Origin: Candidatus Aenigmatarchaeota archaeon
GTDB lineage: Archaea; Aenigmatarchaeota; Aenigmatarchaeia; CG10238-14; SpSt-28
DNA length: 32,353 bases
Direction of reading: 5' to 3'
Assembly (NCBI GenBank): GCA_039000985.1
Contig: JAWBMD010000009.1
Span: 1 to 32,353 of the forward strand
Below are positions 26,727 to 32,353 of this stretch, in pieces. Under the pieces are notes generated by a model. The model saw only the letters and a program-made list of their open reading frames with translations. It was not told the origin of the DNA and did not search any database. Made by a program: the position numbers and the translations under genes. Positions within the stretch are counted from its first letter, which is position 1. The number at the start of each line of letters is the position of its first letter.

Positions 26727-27963
26727 TTTTTACAACATCAAGCTCAATTTTTTTAACTTTGTTGTTTAAAATTTGTGCAACAGATGGAACTGTTCTATTG
26801 TTATCTCCATGTATTAATTCTTTAATATAAAGACCATGCTCAGCAACAATTTTTAGTTTCAATTTTTTCTTTGATAAAATCTTATAACTAATTTTTCTAA
26901 CTTTTTTCTTTCTCAATTTTTCAGCTCTTCTATGCAAAACTCTTAATGGAGTTAATTGATTTATTTCAACTTTTTCAAGAACTTTTAAATCTTTTAATAA
27001 ATCTTTTTTTATTTCATTTTCAAAATCAACAATAGCAACATATTCTTTATCAAATTTAGATTCTTTTAAAAATTTTACAAATTTTCTATCAACAAGTTTA
27101 ATTAATTTAAATTTTACAATTTTTGATTTACTTTTTATTTTTTTAATATCAACTTTTCTTTTTCTTGGGTTAATTATTTCTATGCAAAATGGTCTATAGG
27201 ATAAGCATCTAACATCTACATCTTCTCTTCCAGCTCCAGAAAATTTGCTTTTTTCAGCTTTAAAAGCTTTTAGCAATGGTTTTTCTATTATTTCTTGTAC
27301 AGATGTTCTATAATTTTTTCCTTTATAATTGCATATTGAACAACCTTTACCTTTACAATTTTTACATAACCATTTTGCTTGTGGTATACCTCTTACTAGC
27401 TTTTTATACATTCCAAAAATAAAAATGCTTCTTATTTTCATCTTAACATCAAAATTTTTTAAGTCTATCATAAAAACAATATCTGGATTTTCTCTGCTAA
27501 ATTTTTTATTTGTTTTTTTCTCTAAAATTTTTCCAACTTCTCTATTAATATCATTATTTATTGTTTCCACATTGATTTTTCCAAAAATTTCAAAAACCAT
27601 TTTTTCTCTATTTTTTATTTCTTCCGAAACTTTTGTTCCTATTAAAAAAGTATCGAACTCTATTTCTTTTGAAATTTTCAGAATTTTTTCAACAATATTT
27701 TTTATTTCATTTTCAAAAAAATCATTACAAATAAAGCATTTCTCCTTTTTAATATCGATATTAATATTTCTAAATTTTATTCCAAAAAAATTCGATTCCT
27801 TAATTTCTATTTTTCCAATACTATCATATTTTAAAGCTAGATATAATTTAACAGCTTTACCTCTTTCTTCATTTGATAGCCCAGTTAAAAAATTTGAAAA
27901 AAGTCTTCCCAAGCAAAAATTACAAAGGGTAAAGTTCTTTAAAGCTTCTTCTATTTTTTCCAT
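26710..27963 (-). CDS. pus10: tRNA pseudouridine(54/55) synthase Pus10
   Basis: LCNFCLGR, YKKLVRGIPQ, GAGREDVDVR, QLTPLRVLHRR, GLYIKELIHGD, LDV. Confidence 0.95.
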   Translation of the reverse strand: MEKIEEALKNFTLCNFCLGRLFSNFLTGLSNEERGKAVKLYLALKYDSIGKIEIKESNFFGIKFRNINIDIKKEKCFICNDFFENEIKNIVEKILKISKEIEFDTFLIGTKVSEEIKNREKMVFEIFGKINVETINNDINREVGKILEKKTNKKFSRENPDIVFMIDLKNFDVKMKIRSIFIFGMYKKLVRGIPQAKWLCKNCKGKGCSICNYKGKNYRTSVQEIIEKPLLKAFKAEKSKFSGAGREDVDVRCLSYRPFCIEIINPRKRKVDIKKIKSKSKIVKFKLIKLVDRKFVKFLKESKFDKEYVAIVDFENEIKKDLLKDLKVLEKVEINQLTPLRVLHRRAEKLRKKKVRKISYKILSKKKLKLKIVAEHGLYIKELIHGDNNRTVPSVAQILNNKVKKIELDVVKINHSL

Positions 27964-28088
27964 TACTTTCTTTTTTGCTTTTGCTGTAGTAAGTTTAGTA
28001 TTCTGTAAGATAGGTAAGCCGTTAACGCATTTAAGGCTACTATTACAAGCAGAATATATTCTACTCTAACGAGGCTTGGTTCTATCAT
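27963..28088 (-). CDS. 41-aa single-TM microprotein (not in the ORF track)
   Basis: MIEPSLVRVEYILLVIVALNALTAYLSYRILNLLQQKQKRK; TAATG stop/start overlap with pus10. Confidence 0.6.
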   Translation of the reverse strand: MIEPSLVRVEYILLVIVALNALTAYLSYRILNLLQQKQKRK

Positions 28089-28108
28089 AATTAAAATTTT
28101 TCTAGATA

Positions 28109-28531
28109 TTAATAAATGCCACTACTACCAAATCCCTCCTCTCCCCTTTCACTCTCTTCTAACTGCTCTACTTCAACAACTTCTACAATTAAATATGGTA
28201 ATATTAATAACTGAGCTATTCTACTAAACTTTTCTATTTTAATTTTTTCCTTGCTAAGATTTATCATAACAACTTTTACTTCTCCTCTATAATTACTATC
28301 TATTACCCCAGCTAATACATGTAAACCATTTGCTGATAGGCCGCTTCTATCTTTAATTAAACCAAAATAACCATAAGGAATTTCAATTGCTATGCCGGTG
28401 GATATTTGTTTTATTTCCATTGGTTCTATTACATAATCTTCAATGCAATATAAATCTAATCCAGCATCTTCTTTTCTTTTTCTTTCTGGTAATTTAGCTT
28501 CTTGGTTTAGCTTTTTTACTTTTAATATCAT
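28109..28531 (-). CDS. dut: dUTP diphosphatase (trimeric)
   Basis: DAGLDL, RSG, GVIDSNYRGE, RIAQL, RGEEGFGSSG. Confidence 0.95.
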   Translation of the reverse strand: MILKVKKLNQEAKLPERKRKEDAGLDLYCIEDYVIEPMEIKQISTGIAIEIPYGYFGLIKDRSGLSANGLHVLAGVIDSNYRGEVKVVMINLSKEKIKIEKFSRIAQLLILPYLIVEVVEVEQLEESERGEEGFGSSGIY

Positions 28532-28562
28532 AAATATATAAATCCAAATTTAATTTTTAAGT

Positions 28563-29024
28563 ATGAGACCAAGTTGGGACGAATATTTCATGGAAATTGC
28601 TAAGGTAGTAGCTAAAAGATCAACATGTAAAAGAGCAGCTGTAGGTGCTGTTATTGTTAAAGATAAAAGAATTCTTACTACTGGATATGCTGGTGCTCCA
28701 AAAGGAATGCCTCATTGCTTAGATGTAGGATGTCTAATAAAAAGTATTGTGAAAGAAAATGGTAAAACTGAAGAGCATTGTTTAAGGACTGTACATGCAG
28801 AAATGAATGCTATTATACAAGCTGCATTGCATGGCGTATCTACAGATGGAGCTACAATTTATACAACACATCTCCCTTGTTATAATTGTGCTAAAGTAAT
28901 AATAAATGCTGGAATAAAAAGGATTGTTGCAGATTCTCCTAATGCTGGTAAATATGTTGATGAAGAATCATTAAATCTTTTAAAAAGCGCTGGCATAGAA
29001 GTTGTTGTATTAAATGTTGTTTAA
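28563..29024 (+). CDS. dCMP deaminase (ComEB family)
   Basis: RPSWDEYFM, RSTC, HAEMNAI, PCYNC. Confidence 0.93.
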   Translation: MRPSWDEYFMEIAKVVAKRSTCKRAAVGAVIVKDKRILTTGYAGAPKGMPHCLDVGCLIKSIVKENGKTEEHCLRTVHAEMNAIIQAALHGVSTDGATIYTTHLPCYNCAKVIINAGIKRIVADSPNAGKYVDEESLNLLKSAGIEVVVLNVV

Positions 29025-30528
29025 GATTTTTAATACATTAACTAGAAAAATTGAAGAATTTAAGCCTTTAGAGGATAATATAGTAAAGTTTTATGCTTGT
29101 GGTCCTACTGTTTATGATTTTGCGCATATAGGTAATTTAAGAGCTTATATTGCTGAAGATTTGCTAAGAAGAGTTTTAGAGATGAATGGATTTAAAGTAA
29201 TACATGTTATGAATATAACGGATGTTGGTCATTTAACTAGTCAAGCAGATGAGGGAGAAGATAAGGTTGAAATGAGTGCTAGAAAGCAACAAAAAACAGC
29301 TTGGGAAATTGCGGAATTTTATACAAAAGCTTTTTTTGAAGATATTGAAACTTTAAACATAAAAAAACCAAATATAATTCCAAAAGCGACTGAGCATATA
29401 AAAGAAATGATGGAAATTATTAAAGTTTTAATGGAGAAAGGTTATACTTATTTTACAAGTGATGGTATATATTTCGATACTTCAAAGTTTTTGAATTATG
29501 GGAAATTAACTAATATGGATTTTAAAAGGCTTAATAGGTATTTAAAGGTTGGTGCTAGAGTTCCTTTTAATCCGGAAAAGAAAAATATAACTGATTTTGC
29601 TCTTTGGAAATTTTCTCCAAAAGATGTAAAAAGACAAATGGAATGGGAATTTAGTTTTGAAGTTAAAAATAAAGAGGATTTGGAAAAGCTTGAAAAAATA
29701 TCAAAAGAAAATCCAAATGTAAAATTAGATGGTAATAAAGCAACTATTATAGGTTTTCCTGGTTGGCATATTGAATGTAGCGCAATGAGTACGAAGTATT
29801 TGGGAGAAACATTTGATATTCATGCAGGTGGAGTAGATCATATACCAATTCATCATACAAATGAAATAGCACAAAGTGAATCTTATACTGGAAAAAAATT
29901 TGTTAATTATTGGTTTCATGTTAATTTTTTAATAGTTGAAGGTAAAAAAATGAGCAAAAGCTTGGGTAATTATTATACTTTAAAAGATTTGTTAAATAAA
30001 GGATATTCTTGGAGAGAAATAAGATATTTGCTTTTATCTGCTCACTATAGAAAAAAACTTAATTTTACTTTTTCTAGCTTGGAAGCTTCTAAAAAAACAG
30101 TTAATAGATTAAAAGAAATTTTAACAAAGTTAAAGCAAGTGAATAGAGAAAGTGGAGTTGAAATTAATGCTGAAGAAATAAAATTAAAAATATTTGAAGC
30201 TTTAAATAATGATTTAGATATTTCTTCAGCTTTATCAATTTTTTGGAAATTTTTGAGAAGCATAAAAATTGAAAAAATAAATAGAAAAAGTGCAGAAAAA
30301 GCAATAGATTTGATTTTATGGTTCGATCAAGTATTGGGTTTAAAATTGGATGAATTTTTAAAAGAAGAAATAGATAAAGAAGTTTTTGAACTTATTAAAG
30401 AAAGAGAAAGGCTTAGAAAAGAAGGAAAATTTGAGGAAGCAGATAAGATAAGGGATTTTTTAAGAGAAAAATATAAAATAGCTTTAGAAGATACAGAATT
30501 TGGTACAATTTGGAAAAAAGTTGAATAA
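29014..30528 (+). CDS. cysS: Cysteine--tRNA ligase
   Basis: CGPTVY, HIGN, NITDVGH, DFALWK, PGWHIECSAM, HHTNE, KMSKS. Confidence 0.97.
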   Translation: MLFKIFNTLTRKIEEFKPLEDNIVKFYACGPTVYDFAHIGNLRAYIAEDLLRRVLEMNGFKVIHVMNITDVGHLTSQADEGEDKVEMSARKQQKTAWEIAEFYTKAFFEDIETLNIKKPNIIPKATEHIKEMMEIIKVLMEKGYTYFTSDGIYFDTSKFLNYGKLTNMDFKRLNRYLKVGARVPFNPEKKNITDFALWKFSPKDVKRQMEWEFSFEVKNKEDLEKLEKISKENPNVKLDGNKATIIGFPGWHIECSAMSTKYLGETFDIHAGGVDHIPIHHTNEIAQSESYTGKKFVNYWFHVNFLIVEGKKMSKSLGNYYTLKDLLNKGYSWREIRYLLLSAHYRKKLNFTFSSLEASKKTVNRLKEILTKLKQVNRESGVEINAEEIKLKIFEALNNDLDISSALSIFWKFLRSIKIEKINRKSAEKAIDLILWFDQVLGLKLDEFLKEEIDKEVFELIKERERLRKEGKFEEADKIRDFLREKYKIALEDTEFGTIWKKVE

Positions 30529-30553
30529 AAATTATTAAAAGTAAAATAATACT

Positions 30554-31381
30554 ATGCTAAATATTTATGATTTAAATGGAAATGTTGTGGAGCAAATAGA
30601 AAAGCCTATAATTTTTAATGAAGAACTTAGAGACGATTTGATATTAAGAGCTTTTCTATCTATTAAAAGCAAAAAAAGAGTTCCTTATGGTACAGATCCA
30701 ATGGCTGGTTTAAGAACTGCAGCTCATTATCATGGACAAAGACCAGGTAGAACTGGAGCAAAAAGATGGGGTATGATGGGTAGAGAAATGGGAAGATTAC
30801 CAAGATTGCATGGGAAAACAGTTCCACATTTAATGTGGGAAGCAAGATTAGCTCCTCAAGCGAGAAAAGGAAGAAGAGCACATCCACCAAAAGTAGAAAA
30901 AATTTGGGATGAAAAAATTAATGATAAAGAAAGAATAAAAGCTATAAGAAGTGCTTTTGCTTTTTCTTCTATAAAAGAATATGTTTTGAAAAGGGGACAT
31001 AGAATTTCAGATTCAATAACTTTACCTATTGTTGTTATAGATGATTTTCAAAAAATTAAAAAAACAAAAGAGCTAGAAAAAGTTTTGATTAATTTAAAAT
31101 TAGAAAACGAATTGGAAAGAATTAAAAAGAAAAAAATAAGAGCAGGAAAGGGAAAAATGAGAGGAAGAAGATATAAAAAGAAAAAAGGTCCTTTAATTTT
31201 AATAGATAAAGATGAGGGGATAAAAAAAGCAAGTAGAAATATTACCGGAATAGATTGTGTTGAAGTAAATCGTGTTAATGTTGAATTATTAGCACCCGGT
31301 GGTCATCCTGGTAGATTATTAATAATAACAAAGTCAGCTTTAGAAAAACTGGATAAATTATGGATCCCTGGAAAGTATTAA
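30554..31381 (+). CDS. rpl4: 50S ribosomal protein uL4
   Basis: [40 protein letters not shown]. Confidence 0.96.
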   Translation: MLNIYDLNGNVVEQIEKPIIFNEELRDDLILRAFLSIKSKKRVPYGTDPMAGLRTAAHYHGQRPGRTGAKRWGMMGREMGRLPRLHGKTVPHLMWEARLAPQARKGRRAHPPKVEKIWDEKINDKERIKAIRSAFAFSSIKEYVLKRGHRISDSITLPIVVIDDFQKIKKTKELEKVLINLKLENELERIKKKKIRAGKGKMRGRRYKKKKGPLILIDKDEGIKKASRNITGIDCVEVNRVNVELLAPGGHPGRLLIITKSALEKLDKLWIPGKY

Positions 31382-31617
31382 AGTATGCAATAATGACTGA
31401 AAAAGCATTAAGAATGATGGAAAAAGAAAATAAATTAGTTTTTATTGTTGATTTGAAAGCTAGTAAAAAAGATATAAAGGAGGCTGTTGAAAAAGCTTTT
31501 AATGTAAAAGTTGAAAAAATTAATACTTTAATAGCAAAAAATGAAAAAAAAGCTTATGTTAAGTTAACTAAGGATTATAAAGCTTCTGATTTAGCAGCAG
31601 TTCTTAAAATAGCTTAA
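31360..31617 (+). CDS. rpl23: 50S ribosomal protein uL23
   Basis: [26 protein letters not shown]. Confidence 0.96.
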   Translation: MDPWKVLKYAIMTEKALRMMEKENKLVFIVDLKASKKDIKEAVEKAFNVKVEKINTLIAKNEKKAYVKLTKDYKASDLAAVLKIA

Positions 31618-32128
31618 TCCAATTTTTTATTATATCTTCATTAAAAACCTCTGGATGAAACATTGTTAAAAATTGAAGACTATTTTGCTTTCTCAAAAAT
31701 ACTGGTATTTTGTTTAAATAGCCAATTACTTCAAAATTTTTATTTGGTAAAATGTATTTTGAAAATAAACAATAAACTTTAATTTTTTTCTCTTTTGTTA
31801 GCTCATTCTCTTTTACTATATCAATTTCAAAACTTCCAATTATTGTTTTTGTTTTTAGTTTTAGTTTGTTTAAACAACCAATAACTTGAGCACCAGCACA
31901 AATTGCTAAAACAGGTTTTTCAAAACCTTTTAACCAATTAAAATATTCCAAATTTTTTAAATAGTCAAAATCTTTAAGTGCAGTTCCACAAATAATAACT
32001 TTGCTTGCCTTTTCAATATCTGCATTTTTTATTTGTTTGTAATGAATTGATTTTTCATTTAAAATTTTTTCTATTGGTTTAACAAATTCATAATAACTTA
32101 GCTCATCTTTGCATAAATTAATTATCAT
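31604..32128 (-). CDS. Class I glutamine amidotransferase-like protein
   Basis: VIICGT, nucleophile elbow [10 protein letters not shown], catalytic FHPE. Confidence 0.85.
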   Translation of the reverse strand: MIINLCKDELSYYEFVKPIEKILNEKSIHYKQIKNADIEKASKVIICGTALKDFDYLKNLEYFNWLKGFEKPVLAICAGAQVIGCLNKLKLKTKTIIGSFEIDIVKENELTKEKKIKVYCLFSKYILPNKNFEVIGYLNKIPVFLRKQNSLQFLTMFHPEVFNEDIIKNWIKLF

Positions 32129-32353
32129 TTTTTGACAAGCTTTAATTTTTTTATTAAAACATATCCAAAATTTTCACTTTTGTCAAAAAATTTTTCATAT
32201 TTCAAAATTTTTATTCTTTTCTTGAAAATCTTCGCATTTGTTACAAAAGTTTCATATTCACCACCTTCTCCAGCAAAATTTATTTTATTTTTTTCAAAAT
32301 CATCAAAAATTTCTCTTGTTATTTTTTTTCCTAAATAGTTTTCATTTAAAGGA
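32125..32353 (-). CDS. dph6: Diphthine--ammonia ligase family (Dph6 / ATP_bind_4), 3' part only; runs off the window
   Basis: Manual translation ...PLNENYLGKKITREIFDDFEKNKINFAGEGGEYETFVTNAKIFKKRIKI...KLVKK*; GEGGEYET signature; ATGA overlap with the GATase start. Confidence 0.85.
   Translation of the reverse strand, partial: PLNENYLGKKITREIFDDFEKNKINFAGEGGEYETFVTNAKIFKKRIKILKYEKFFDKSENFGYVLIKKLKLVKK

Noticed and set aside
27329..28069. 246-aa plus-strand ORF
   Set aside because: Antisense shadow of pus10; F/I/S/L-rich composition expected from the reverse of a Lys/Glu-rich AT-biased gene; no motifs
979..30890. Other 60-115 aa ORFs nested antisense within recognised genes (e.g. 979, 1522, 3742, 9594, 10942, 11272, 13409, 13658, 14310, 15620, 18277, 18668, 20487, 21293, 23982, 24898, 25632, 29725, 30045, 30663)
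   Set aside because: Shadow ORFs with no motifs, overlapping well-supported CDSs
32132..32338. 68-aa plus-strand ORF
   Set aside because: The opposite strand encodes the Dph6 signature GEGGEYET
1..32353. CRISPR array, IS element, rRNA
   Set aside because: No regularly spaced repeats, transposase or integrase ORFs, or long GC-rich structured tracts seen by eye

Overview
A very AT-rich, extremely compact archaeal chromosome segment. Archaeal-type LeuRS, Pus10, prefoldin beta, P0/P1 stalk proteins and PINA, together with fragmented ribosomal operons and near-zero intergenic space, point to a DPANN archaeon, possibly Aenigmarchaeota-like (inference). Most of the window is shuffled housekeeping genes (trxA, pfdB, leuS, ftsY, rpl1-rplP0-rpl12, rps10, pus10, dut, dCMP deaminase, cysS, rpl4-rpl23) plus two tRNAs. 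An accessory-looking block at about 5.0-11.5 kb holds a stand-alone Cys-type formate dehydrogenase catalytic subunit, two converging nucleotidyltransferase-based toxin-antitoxin modules and an Lrp/AsnC pseudogene. Features missing from the ORF track: an intron-containing tRNA-Ile with the rare UAU anticodon, whose 3' end lies 1 nt from the next ATG; a partial dph6 gene translationally coupled to a class I glutamine amidotransferase (a candidate two-subunit glutamine-dependent diphthamide synthetase); two membrane microproteins; and a leaderless back-to-back gene layout with divergent start codons as little as 8-10 bp apart. No CRISPR array, rRNA or transposase was seen.
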